A DNA stretch of 64,000 bases from positions 1 through 64,000 of the forward strand of contig JACRCW010000022.1 in the NCBI GenBank assembly GCA_016218805.1, written 5' to 3'. This DNA comes from Deltaproteobacteria bacterium. Its GTDB lineage: Bacteria > Myxococcota > JACRCW01. The translations under genes were made by a program, and so were the position numbers. The notes beneath the pieces were generated by a model, which was given only the letters and a program-made list of their open reading frames with translations, was not told where the DNA came from and searched no databases. Shown here in pieces: positions 17,341-25,712 of the stretch; within the stretch, counting starts at the first letter, position 1; each line of letters starts with the position of its first letter.

Positions 17341-17811
17341 ATGGCCGCGTCCGTCGTCGCGGCACGTTCCACCGTCGCGAGACTCCTGCGGGCCGGACTG
17401 CTTGTTGGCGCTGGCCTCGCTGCGTTCGCCGACGCGCCAACGGCGGACGCGCGCCCTCGTGGAGACGTCACGCACGTCAAAGTCCAAGCGAAGAAAACCA
17501 AGGAACGCAAACAAGTCCAAGTGCAGGCGAAGCGGCGCAAGGACGAGCCGAAGGCCGCGCAGGATCGCACCACCCACGACGCACGACGAGACAAGAACGG
17601 GAGAATCAAGCGGAGCGCGGCCGCGAAGCATCGCTTCCGTGAGAAGAACCCCTGCCCTTCGACGGGACGAACAAGTGGAAGGTGCCCCGGTTACGAAGTC
17701 GATCACCGGAGGGCGCTGGCCTGCGGAGGCGCCGACTCGCCGGGCAACATGCAGTGGCTCACGACCAAGGAGAACAGGGCGAAGGGTGCGGACTGCGCAC
17801 GGACACGTTGA
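17341..17811 (+). CDS. HNH endonuclease with N-terminal signal/hydrophobic segment
   Basis: CPSTG...CPGYEVDHRRALACGGADSPGNMQWLTTKENRAK; basic linker; ATG 2 nt after the upstream stop. Confidence 0.8.
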   Translation: MAASVVAARSTVARLLRAGLLVGAGLAAFADAPTADARPRGDVTHVKVQAKKTKERKQVQVQAKRRKDEPKAAQDRTTHDARRDKNGRIKRSAAAKHRFREKNPCPSTGRTSGRCPGYEVDHRRALACGGADSPGNMQWLTTKENRAKGADCARTR

Positions 17812-18759
17812 TCACCGGCCCTTTCTCTTCCGTCGCCCGCTTCCTTGCAAGGGACTAAGCAAGACTGCCTTCCCGTGCCGCAGCGACGAACTGGCGACCT
17901 CTGGCGACGACGACGCGGCGCGAAGCCAATCGGGCGGCTGCACCCCCAGCGCTTGGCAAGCGGCCTCAGACCGGGCCGCCTTCGCGTGCGTGACCTCAGG
18001 GGGCGGCTCGGGAGAATTCTCCAACGCCTGTGCCAACTGCAACGCGGCCGCCTTGACGTCAACGAACAACCGGGGGGCGTATCCTAGTCTCGCGCAGCAG
18101 TCTGCGAGGAAGGACGCACCCCACCGAAAGTCCAGCGCAAGTGCCTCGCATGTTGCGGCCAAAAGCAACCATGGGTGCGTCCCTGGCACAATTGCGTCGT
18201 CGTCACAGTTGTTCATCAAGCGAAGGACCAGCGACGGAGTGCCGTCTGGAATGGCCGCTTGAATGTTGAAGATGGTTCGCGCGGACCGACCCCACACGTT
18301 CCATACGAAGTCGGGAAACGCGTCGCGAGCCGTCGGAGGCGCGTGCTTCTTGGTAGCCCGCTTTGGGGACGGGCGGAAGGCCCGTGCCCGCGCAGCCTCC
18401 TCGTCGGTCAGAGGAAGCGAACAGTCGGCACATGCACGTATCACCGCCTCCGCGCCACCTCCCGCGTCGAAAGCAACACGCGCCACGTCCAACTGCATTG
18501 CGATGCGCAGGTCGCCGGCCTTCCGGACCGACCGGCCCTCGCCGCGCCCCAGTGGCCGTTCCCGCTCGACTTGCTGCGCAAGAGCGTTGGCGTTTCGGAT
18601 GCTGTCGACCTGCGCTTTCCAGGCGGCGTGCCTCTCAGACGGTAGCGGCGTGTCCTGACGACGACAAAACGCGTACACCTTCGCGTGATACAAGACCTTC
18701 ACCGCCCACTGCACCAACGCCGTGGCTTCGCGGACCACCTCGTCGTCGTCGTCGGGCAT
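17812..18759 (-). CDS. Hypothetical protein at the element's right end, possible HTH
   Basis: Long ORF abutting the HNH stop; WGRSARTIFNI resembles a recognition helix. Start uncertain (18759 or 18774). Confidence 0.55.
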   Translation of the reverse strand: MPDDDDEVVREATALVQWAVKVLYHAKVYAFCRRQDTPLPSERHAAWKAQVDSIRNANALAQQVERERPLGRGEGRSVRKAGDLRIAMQLDVARVAFDAGGGAEAVIRACADCSLPLTDEEAARARAFRPSPKRATKKHAPPTARDAFPDFVWNVWGRSARTIFNIQAAIPDGTPSLVLRLMNNCDDDAIVPGTHPWLLLAATCEALALDFRWGASFLADCCARLGYAPRLFVDVKAAALQLAQALENSPEPPPEVTHAKAARSEAACQALGVQPPDWLRAASSSPEVASSSLRHGKAVLLSPLQGSGRRKRKGR

Positions 18760-18763
18760 TCTT

Positions 18764-18782
18764 TGGACCACCATTGGACCAC
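18764..18782 (+). repeat. Putative integrase arm-type sites, right end
   Basis: TGGACCAC-CAT-TGGACCAC, 11-bp period, same orientation as the left-end pair. Confidence 0.6.
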
Positions 18783-18813
18783 AGGATGCCGAAAACCGGC
18801 CAGCCCGGCAAGG

Positions 18814-18841
18814 TTGACAGGGTTGGCAAGGCACGTATGCT
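18814..18841 (+). promoter_or_regulatory. sigma70-like promoter pointing into attR
   Basis: TTGACA-16 bp-TATGCT, overlapped by three tandem 9-mers GGCAAGGTT/GACAGGGTT/GGCAAGGCA (18807-18833). Confidence 0.5.
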
Positions 18842-18886
18842 GCCGGAATCACCATGTTTCGCCGGGATTTACATCGCGCGGAGCGC

Positions 18887-19241
18887 CTCATAACCCGAAG
18901 GTCGCAGGTTCAAGTCCTGCCCCCGCATCCAACTTACGTCGTGAAAGCGCGCGCTTGGGAATGCTCCCCGGCGCGCGTTTTTGCTTGTGGGGCAGGCTTG
19001 ACCCCTATTGGACCACGGAAACGTCCTTACAGGGGCGCCCAGGCCGCAAAGCGGGGTGTTCCTATTCGGGACGGGCGTATGTTGCCGAAACCAAGTGGCG
19101 CGCACGCTGGCTCTACGTTGACGGACGACGTGGCTGTGCCGTCTTGCACAATCACGCCGACGCCGCGGCGTACGAACGTGAGCGCAAATCCGAGGCGGAG
19201 CAGATCCGGCGTGGGCTGGGCCCTGCGCCCGTGCGGAGCAC
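18887..19241 (+). repeat. attR plus diverged copy of the element's left end (homologous to 10818-11206)
   Basis: 75 bp identical (18887-18961 vs 10818-10892), then a diverged terminator, arm site and integrase 5' end. Confidence 0.9.
19088..19241 (+). pseudogene. Integrase 5' remnant
   Basis: TKWRARWLYVDGRRGCAVLHNHADAAAYERERKSEAEQIRRGL matches the intact integrase; RBS and ATG deleted; truncated after about 50 codons. Confidence 0.88.
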
Positions 19242-19351
19242 AACGTCACTACGCTGCTCGGGTCCATACCCGACGAGCAGCCACGGTGTCGCTTGCCGTG
19301 GCGGACGCCCTCATGGCGTGAGCACAGCGGCGGTCCCGCCGGTGCAGCACA

Positions 19352-19663
19352 TCAAACGCGACGCCTTGCCCAGTATCCAGGGCGCCGTCGTTCATGCGCG
19401 ACCGCGACGATGAGAACGTGGTCAGTGCGCACCTCGTAGATGACCAAGTACGGGAAACCGCTGACCAGCGCGCGCCGTGGCTGCGCATCCGGTGGGGCGT
19501 GGCCCAGCGGGGAGAAGCGCAGCGGGTTGACGCTGATGGCGTGGGCGGCGGCCTGCACGGCGTCGACGAACGCGGCCCCAAGGCCCTCGCGCTTGGCCGC
19601 GTACCAAGCCGCCGCTTCCGTGATTTCCTCCTTGGTGTCGGGATGCCACCGGAGCGGCGTCAT
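19352..19663 (-). CDS. RelE/ParE-family toxin
   Basis: HPDTKEEITEAAAWY...GLG...F, FPYLVIYEV, IVAVAHERRRPGYW. Confidence 0.9.
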   Translation of the reverse strand: MTPLRWHPDTKEEITEAAAWYAAKREGLGAAFVDAVQAAAHAISVNPLRFSPLGHAPPDAQPRRALVSGFPYLVIYEVRTDHVLIVAVAHERRRPGYWARRRV

Positions 19664-19896
19664 TTGCGCTTGATGGCGGCGCGGGCGGCACCCAGCACTT
19701 CGTCCGTGGAGAGTGTAGCCACGCGGCCCTCGTTCACCTCACGGATGCGGCGGACAGCTTCTGCCAGCCACGCGGCATCCGCGTCCGGATCTTCAGGCCC
19801 CTGCAAGGAGTCCAGCAGGCGCGTGGCCAGGGCCAATCGCTCGCCCTCAGGAAGGGCCAGGGCCGCGCTGGTGATGTCCTGGGTGGGGTCTGCCAT
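19660..19896 (-). CDS. Addiction-module antitoxin component
   Basis: ALALPEGERLALATRLLDSL...AAWLAEAVRR; 4-nt overlap with the toxin. Confidence 0.88.
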   Translation of the reverse strand: MADPTQDITSAALALPEGERLALATRLLDSLQGPEDPDADAAWLAEAVRRIREVNEGRVATLSTDEVLGAARAAIKRK

Positions 19897-20065
19897 GAAC
19901 CGCATCCTAGCCCACCCGGGCGGGCCTGGCAGGACCGCCGTCGCGCAGTCCCGTGACGCGCCAGTGCCGCTCATGTCCCGTTGGGACGCGCTTTCCGGTG
20001 CTATCTCCGCGCGGCGATGCAGTAAGCGCGCGTCCCGGCTCAGCTTTGTGGATGCGGAAGAACGC

Positions 20066-20091
20066 GTTCAAGTCCTGCCCCCGCATCCAAC
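20066..20091 (+). repeat. Third tRNA-Met 3' fragment (outer att site)
   Basis: GTTCAAGTCCTGCCCCCGCATCCAAC, identical to the tRNA T-arm, CCA and next 2 nt. Confidence 0.9.
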
Positions 20092-20098
20092 CACCAAC

Positions 20099-20138
20099 CG
20101 CGCACCCACGTCTGACGTCGGTGCGCGTTTCGCTTTTT
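20099..20138 (+). terminator. Probable ancestral tRNA terminator
   Basis: CGCGCACC...GGTGCGCG stem followed by TTTCGCTTTTT, directly after the outer att copy. Confidence 0.7.
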
Positions 20139-20203
20139 CAGGTCCTCGCCGCGAACGCGGCCAGTGCGCTATGCGTCTGCCTCTTCCCGCGCTGAGGCCC
20201 TGC

Positions 20204-21052
20204 ATGCCCCATCACCGACCCGCCACGTTCCTGCTGGCCGCCCTGTTGGGCACCTCCGCGTGCAAGCCGGACGCGCCCGCCGCCCGGCCCCCGCCCGCTG
20301 CGTCCGCGGCCAAACCGCCGGCTTCCGGCAAGCCGCCAACGGTGAAGCGCCTCTGGATGGTCCCGCATCCCTCCGAGATCATGGAAGTGATGCGTGGCAT
20401 GGGCCTGGCGGACAAGACGGCGGCGTTGTGCCCGGTGGTGAAGGTGGACTTTGCGCCCCTGGACGGGCAGCGCGTGGCGTTCAACACCGGCGCGCTGGTG
20501 GCGGACCTGGTGCTGTCCCTGGAGGGCAGCAAGGGTGGCGAGGTGGCCGCGCGGCTGGACACCATCATGCAGGGGCTGCGGGAGCTGGGCATGAATCCGA
20601 CCCAGCTTGCCGACGTGGACAAGCTCAGCAAGCGCCTGGCCACCGGCAAGGTCACGCCGGAGGAACTTGCCGGCGAGTTGGACGTGCTGCAGGGCCGGCT
20701 GATGGACGACGTATCGCAGTATTCGTCGCAGGATGCGCTGGTGGGCATCCAGGCGGGTGCCTGGGTGCGCGCGGTGAACGTCGTCGCCACGCTGCTCATG
20801 CAGGTGGGCAAGGCGACTGAGGGTGCGCACCTGTTCGCGCAGCCTGCGCTGGTGGACTACTTCACCAACTACCTCAAGAAGAACACGGACAAGACGGTGG
20901 AGAACCCGGCGCTGGAAGCCAGCCTCCCGCACCTCAAGGAGCTCAAGCGCATTGCCTCCAAGGCGGAGCTGACGGCGGAGGACGTGCCGGCGGTGCAGCA
21001 GGCCACGGCGGCCATCCTGGCGCAGTTCCAGGCCAAGGGAGGCGCGCCATGA
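20204..21052 (+). CDS. Putative lipoprotein, helical
   Basis: Lipobox TSAC, Pro/Ala linker, strong codon bias; alternative start 20171. Confidence 0.75.
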   Translation: MPHHRPATFLLAALLGTSACKPDAPAARPPPAASAAKPPASGKPPTVKRLWMVPHPSEIMEVMRGMGLADKTAALCPVVKVDFAPLDGQRVAFNTGALVADLVLSLEGSKGGEVAARLDTIMQGLRELGMNPTQLADVDKLSKRLATGKVTPEELAGELDVLQGRLMDDVSQYSSQDALVGIQAGAWVRAVNVVATLLMQVGKATEGAHLFAQPALVDYFTNYLKKNTDKTVENPALEASLPHLKELKRIASKAELTAEDVPAVQQATAAILAQFQAKGGAP

Positions 21053-21483
21053 CGACGCGCAGCTGCTTGCTGGTGCTGGGGCTGGTCCTGTTCACGCTGC
21101 TCCCCGTGGGTGCGCCGCACGCGGGGGCCGGGCGTTCAGCGTGCCTGGACCGCGCGCTGGCGGGGGCCATGGCGCAGGGCTGGCGCTCGCGCGGCGTGGA
21201 CACCGAGTCGCTGTTGCCGGGGGATTCCACTCGTTACGAGATGAGCTTCTACAAGGGCAGCCGCTACCTGTTCCTGGCCTGCACCGATGACGACGACGCG
21301 GGCATCACGCTGGCGGTGACCGACAGCGCCGGCAAACCGCTGGGCAAGCCCAGCGACAAGGGGGCCAACGTGCTGTTGGAGGTGAAGGCGGTGCGGGCCG
21401 GGGGCCACGTGCTGGAGCTGGGCCTGCAGTCCCCCAGCGAGGGACGTCCCACCTGGTACGCGCTGGCCATGCTGTACCGCTAG
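21049..21483 (+). CDS. Secreted beta-sandwich-like hypothetical protein
   Basis: Signal peptide; ATGA overlap with the upstream gene. Confidence 0.7.
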   Translation: MTTRSCLLVLGLVLFTLLPVGAPHAGAGRSACLDRALAGAMAQGWRSRGVDTESLLPGDSTRYEMSFYKGSRYLFLACTDDDDAGITLAVTDSAGKPLGKPSDKGANVLLEVKAVRAGGHVLELGLQSPSEGRPTWYALAMLYR

Positions 21484-21500
21484 AGCGAGGACGCCGAGCC

Positions 21501-24389
21501 ATGGCTCCCCCGCAGAAGCCGGGTGGCCCCCCGCCGCCCACGCGGCCCAGCCGTCCCACGCTGCCAACGCGGCCGCCCGATCCTGCGGCGCTGGAGCCGC
21601 GGCCGACGCTGACGTCCATGCGGGTGCTGCCGGCGGGTGGAGCACTCCCACCGCCCACCGACGCGCGCGCCGAGGCGAGCCCCCAGGGCACGGCGGAGAC
21701 CGCGGACACCTGGCGGCACGACGCGCTCACCGGTGCGTGGCACACGGTGGGGTCCGCCCTGGACGCGGACATCCGCATGGAGGACGCGGCCGGCCGGCAT
21801 GCGCGCATCCGCCGCGTGGCGGGCAACCGCTTGGAGGTGGAGGACCTGGGACGGGGCGTGTGGGTCAACGGCAAGCGGGTGGAGCGCGCCGTGGTGGCGC
21901 TGGACGCGCGCATTGAGCTGGCCGGTGCGGTGCTGCCGCCGTCACGCATCCCGGATGATGTGCTGCTGGAGTCCGAACTGCCGCGCCTGGCGCAGTCCAT
22001 TGTCATTGGGCGGGACGGCAGCGTCTGCCAGCTGGCGGTGAATGACGCGCGGGTGTCCACGCGGCACGCGCGGCTCACCGCCGACGAGGAAGGGTGGGTG
22101 CTGGAGGACCTGCAGTCCACCAACGGGACGATGGTCAATGGTCAGAAGGTGCGGCGGATGCGCATTGGCTGGCGGCAGGCCTTCCACGTGGCGGAGGTGC
22201 GCCTCACGCCGCTGCAGGTGGTCAGGGAGGTCAGCCACCAGGCGGCGCCGTTCCAGGGCACGGTGATGGTGGCGGTGGATGAGCTGGCGCCGCCGCCGCA
22301 GGACGCGCTGGCGCGCGCGGCCACCAAGCCGCGCATGGTGGTGGGCCGTTCGCCGGAGGCGGACATCGTGGTGGACAGCCCGCACGTGTCATTGCGCCAC
22401 GTGCTGGTGGAACAGAAACCGGACGGGTTCCTGGTCACGGACCTGCGGAGCACCAACGGGACGTTTGTCAACGGCGAGCGCATCACCGCGCCGACGCTGG
22501 TGCGGCCGCGGCAGGTGTTCCACCTGGGCGGCTACCCCTTCAAGCTGGACGGGTCCGGGCGGGCGGAGGCGCCGGAGCGCGCGTGTGTGCACGGCCTGCG
22601 GGTGGAGTTGCAGGAGGCCAGCATGACCGCCGGCGGCGCCACGGTGGTGGACCGCGTCACGGTGTGCGTGGAGCCCGGAGAGATGGTGGCCATCATGGGC
22701 CCGTCCGGCGCGGGGAAGACGTCACTGCTCACGCTGTTGTCCGGCCACGGCGTGCCGTCCTCCGGCGCGGTGCTGTTGGACGGGCTGGACGCGCACGCGC
22801 ACGACGCGATCTTCCGCCACGCCGTGGCGCTGGTCCCGCAGGAGGACGTGATGCACCGGATGCTCACGCCCAGCGAGGTGTTGTTCTTCACCGGGCGCCT
22901 CAACTTCCCGGCGGACACCACGGCGGCGGAAATCCGCACCCGCGCCGTCCAGGTGCTCAAGCGCCTGGACCTGGAGCACGCAGCGCACGCGCGGGTGGGT
23001 GACGAAGTGGTCCGCGGCCTGAGCGGCGGCGAGCGCAAGCGCGTGAATGTGGCCATGGAGCTGATGCACGAGCCGTCGCTGTTGTTGCTGGATGAGCCCA
23101 CCTCCGGCCTGGACGGGCGCAGCGCACTGCAACTGGTGCGGCAGTGCCGCGGGCTGGCCACCGCCGGGCGGACGGTGATGATGACCATCCACCAGCCGCG
23201 CGAAGAGGCGCTGGCCCTGTTTGACAAGGTGCTGCTGCTGGCCCAGGGCGGGAGGCCGGCCTACTTTGGTCCGCCGGCCGGCATCCGCCACTACTTTGAA
23301 ACGCACGTGGAGAACGCGGAGGCGGGCGCCGCCAACGCGGCGGACTTTGCATTGGAGGTGCTGGACCCGCAGGACAGCGCGCGCCGCCGGCCGCCGGAGT
23401 TCTGGGCGGACACGTTCCGCGCCAGCGCGCAGTTCTCGGAAGTGGCGGCGCGGCAGCGCCAGGGCGCGTTGGAGGGGTCGTCCGCGCTGGCCGCACCCGC
23501 GCCGCAACGCGCCCGGGCATGGCGTCAATTTGTGACGCTGGCGTGGCGGTACGCGCTGGTGAAGTGGCGGGACCGCGCCGCCCTGGGGCTGCAGTTGCTG
23601 CAGGCGCCGCTCATTGCCGCGGTCACCGTGCTGTTGTTCCACCGCGGCCGGTTTGTCCCCATCCGCGGTGATGACGACGTCACACCCGCGCTGGTTGTGG
23701 CCGCGGCCTCCGCGGTGTGGCTGGGCACCAGCAACGTGGCGCGCGAGGTGGTGGGCGACCGTGCGATTTTCGCGCGCGAATCCCGCCGCGTGGTGCGCGC
23801 CGGGCCGTACCTGGCCGCCGTCACCGCGGTGCAGTTGCTGCTGATACTGGTGCAACTGCCGTTGCTGGTGGGCCTGGAGCAGATGTTTGTGAAGTTCACG
23901 GCGCCGTTCCTGCTGCTGGGCGGCGTGGTGATGCTGCTGGGCGCCGCGGCGCTGATGATGGGGCTGCTGGTCTCCGCGCTGGTGCGCACCCAGATGGCGG
24001 CGGCCGTGGTGGTACCGCTGCTCATCCTGCCGCAGATCCTGTTGAGCGGGCAGTTGGCGCCGGTGGGCGGCCGGTCCGCCACCACCACGCAACAGGTGCT
24101 GGCGGCCCCCATGCTGCTGCGCTGGGGCTACTCCGCGCTGGTCAACGTGGAGTTTGCGGAGCTGGCCGAGGAGCGGGCGGAGACGCCGTGGGGACTGCGG
24201 GCGGCCAAGGGCCGCGAGTGGGTGCTCCCGCGCCTGGGGTTTGAGCACGATCCGCCCTGGCTGCCGCGCACGCTGGTGTTGGTGATGGGCCTGGCCAGCG
24301 GCGCCGCGGCGTGGTGGGTCCTGGCGCGCCGCGCGCGCCGCCCGGTCCGCCGCACCGCCGCGCTCCCTCCGCCCACCGCGCCACCATGA
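21501..24389 (+). CDS. FHA-domain ABC transporter (ABCG-like NBD plus membrane domain)
   Basis: Two canonical FHA domains (IGR..STRH..STNGT; VGR..SLRH..STNGT) and one degenerate; GPSGAGKT, LSGGERKR, LLLDEPTSGLD; about 6 TM helices. Confidence 0.92.
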   Translation: MAPPQKPGGPPPPTRPSRPTLPTRPPDPAALEPRPTLTSMRVLPAGGALPPPTDARAEASPQGTAETADTWRHDALTGAWHTVGSALDADIRMEDAAGRHARIRRVAGNRLEVEDLGRGVWVNGKRVERAVVALDARIELAGAVLPPSRIPDDVLLESELPRLAQSIVIGRDGSVCQLAVNDARVSTRHARLTADEEGWVLEDLQSTNGTMVNGQKVRRMRIGWRQAFHVAEVRLTPLQVVREVSHQAAPFQGTVMVAVDELAPPPQDALARAATKPRMVVGRSPEADIVVDSPHVSLRHVLVEQKPDGFLVTDLRSTNGTFVNGERITAPTLVRPRQVFHLGGYPFKLDGSGRAEAPERACVHGLRVELQEASMTAGGATVVDRVTVCVEPGEMVAIMGPSGAGKTSLLTLLSGHGVPSSGAVLLDGLDAHAHDAIFRHAVALVPQEDVMHRMLTPSEVLFFTGRLNFPADTTAAEIRTRAVQVLKRLDLEHAAHARVGDEVVRGLSGGERKRVNVAMELMHEPSLLLLDEPTSGLDGRSALQLVRQCRGLATAGRTVMMTIHQPREEALALFDKVLLLAQGGRPAYFGPPAGIRHYFETHVENAEAGAANAADFALEVLDPQDSARRRPPEFWADTFRASAQFSEVAARQRQGALEGSSALAAPAPQRARAWRQFVTLAWRYALVKWRDRAALGLQLLQAPLIAAVTVLLFHRGRFVPIRGDDDVTPALVVAAASAVWLGTSNVAREVVGDRAIFARESRRVVRAGPYLAAVTAVQLLLILVQLPLLVGLEQMFVKFTAPFLLLGGVVMLLGAAALMMGLLVSALVRTQMAAAVVVPLLILPQILLSGQLAPVGGRSATTTQQVLAAPMLLRWGYSALVNVEFAELAEERAETPWGLRAAKGREWVLPRLGFEHDPPWLPRTLVLVMGLASGAAAWWVLARRARRPVRRTAALPPPTAPP

Positions 24390-24422
24390 CGCCAGACTGT
24401 GTCACCGCGGCGCGTAAGAAGG

Positions 24423-25451
24423 TCAAACCGCTGCGGCGGCGGCACGGCTGTGACACGTGTGCTTGTCCAGGAACGCGGCCAGGTCCCGCACCGCGCCCCA
24501 CGCGGAGCCGGCTTCGTGGCGCACGCCGCGGAAGTACTCCAGGCCGTAGGAAAGCGTCGCCCCGGCAAGCGCCGGCCGCTCCCACCCCAACCCGTCCAGC
24601 GCCTCGGCCGCGGCCAGCGCTGCGCGCGCCAGCACCTTGCCCACCACCGGCGCCACCACAGTGACCAGGATGAGTGAGGCGGACACCGGGTTCACCTCAA
24701 ACAGGAAGTGCCAGGGGTCCGCGCTCTCCACGTCGGGGTGGCGCTGCCCGATACGCCGGTCATAGATGCCGTACAGGAAATTGCGCTGAATCCAGACTTC
24801 GCGCCGGTCCACGTCATTGTGGTTGATGGTCCTTGCGTCCCGCGCAAAGGCGACGCGCGCGCCCGCCTTTTCCAGGCGGATGCCCAGTTCCCGGTCCTCG
24901 GAGCGCGCCAGGGTGCGGTCAAAGCCGCCCACCCGCAGGTAATCCGACCGGCGGAAGGACACGTTCCCCGTGCACACGGCCGATCCGCGCGCCGGCACCC
25001 AGCGCGCGTGGGCCCGCTCCCGTTCCCGCGCGAGTTGTTCCGCGTGCATGCGGTGAAACACAGGCTGCCTTGCGGTCGTCCGCGGGTCCTCCACAATCGC
25101 GCCCAGCACCAGCGAGTACCCGTTCTCATGCGCACGCAGGTGCTCCTCCAGGAAATCCGGCGGGACCACCATGTCATCGTCCGTGACCACCACAACCTCA
25201 CCGCGCGCCGCCAGCACACCCGCATGGCGCGCTGCGGCGGCGCCGGCGTTGGCCTGCTCAAGCACCCGCAGCGCATACGGCAGCGCAAGCGCTTGCAGCG
25301 CGGGCCGCACCGGCGGGGTGGACCCGTCATCCACCACCACCACCTCAAACTGCTCCGCCGGTAGGGACTGGGTGGCCAGCGCCTGCAGCAGGTCCGTGAT
25401 CAGCACCGGGCGGTTGTAGGTTGCCACCACCACGCTGAGCCGCGTTCCCAT
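24423..25451 (-). CDS. GT2 glycosyltransferase
   Basis: SVVVATYNR, VVVDDGS, TDDD, TGNVSF, SEDRELG. Confidence 0.92.
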   Translation of the reverse strand: MGTRLSVVVATYNRPVLITDLLQALATQSLPAEQFEVVVVDDGSTPPVRPALQALALPYALRVLEQANAGAAAARHAGVLAARGEVVVVTDDDMVVPPDFLEEHLRAHENGYSLVLGAIVEDPRTTARQPVFHRMHAEQLARERERAHARWVPARGSAVCTGNVSFRRSDYLRVGGFDRTLARSEDRELGIRLEKAGARVAFARDARTINHNDVDRREVWIQRNFLYGIYDRRIGQRHPDVESADPWHFLFEVNPVSASLILVTVVAPVVGKVLARAALAAAEALDGLGWERPALAGATLSYGLEYFRGVRHEAGSAWGAVRDLAAFLDKHTCHSRAAAAAV

Positions 25452-25529
25452 GGCTTGCGCTCCGGCCCGAACGACGGGCCCGTCAAAAACCGGTGATTCC
25501 TCACCACGCCGGTTGCGTGCGTCAGCACA

Positions 25530-25544
25530 GCATGAAGCGTGCCC
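25530..25544 (-). promoter_or_regulatory. sigma54 promoter candidate for the GT2 gene
   Basis: Minus strand GGGCACGCTTCATGC (GG-N10-GC). Confidence 0.55.
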
Positions 25545-25663
25545 GCTGAACTTGTCTCAACCCGAGAAACCTCCAGTTCCCGCGAGAACGCGCGCCGGTG
25601 AGGCCGCGCAATTCTCCATGGTTATCCAGCGCAAGACACGTCTGGTCCGCGGCCACGGTTCCA

Positions 25664-25679
25664 AGGCGCGCAATTCGCA
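25664..25679 (+). promoter_or_regulatory. sigma54 promoter candidate for the nadE-like operon
   Basis: AGGCGCGCAATTCGCA, 34 nt before the GTG start with an AGGAGG RBS. Confidence 0.5.
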
Positions 25680-25712
25680 GGTGGCAACTGCGACCCGAAC
25701 CAGGAGGCGTGC

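Larger units (their letters stand above)
10818..18931 (+). mobile_element. Integrative element inserted in tRNA-Met (8,069-bp unit)
   Basis: The 3' 45 nt of the tRNA (10818-10862) are repeated exactly at 18887-18931; integrase next to the left site; contains xis, repressor and HUH rep-like gene; TCGA-rich relative to the flanks. Confidence 0.92.

Noticed and set aside
10818..18931. Inovirus or tailed prophage interpretation
   Set aside because: No Zot-like ATPase, small coat proteins, terminase, capsid or tail genes.
19394..20203. 552-aa ORF 19394-21052 as one protein
   Set aside because: The 5' part is antisense to the TA genes and crosses an att site; only the lipoprotein from about 20204 is credible.
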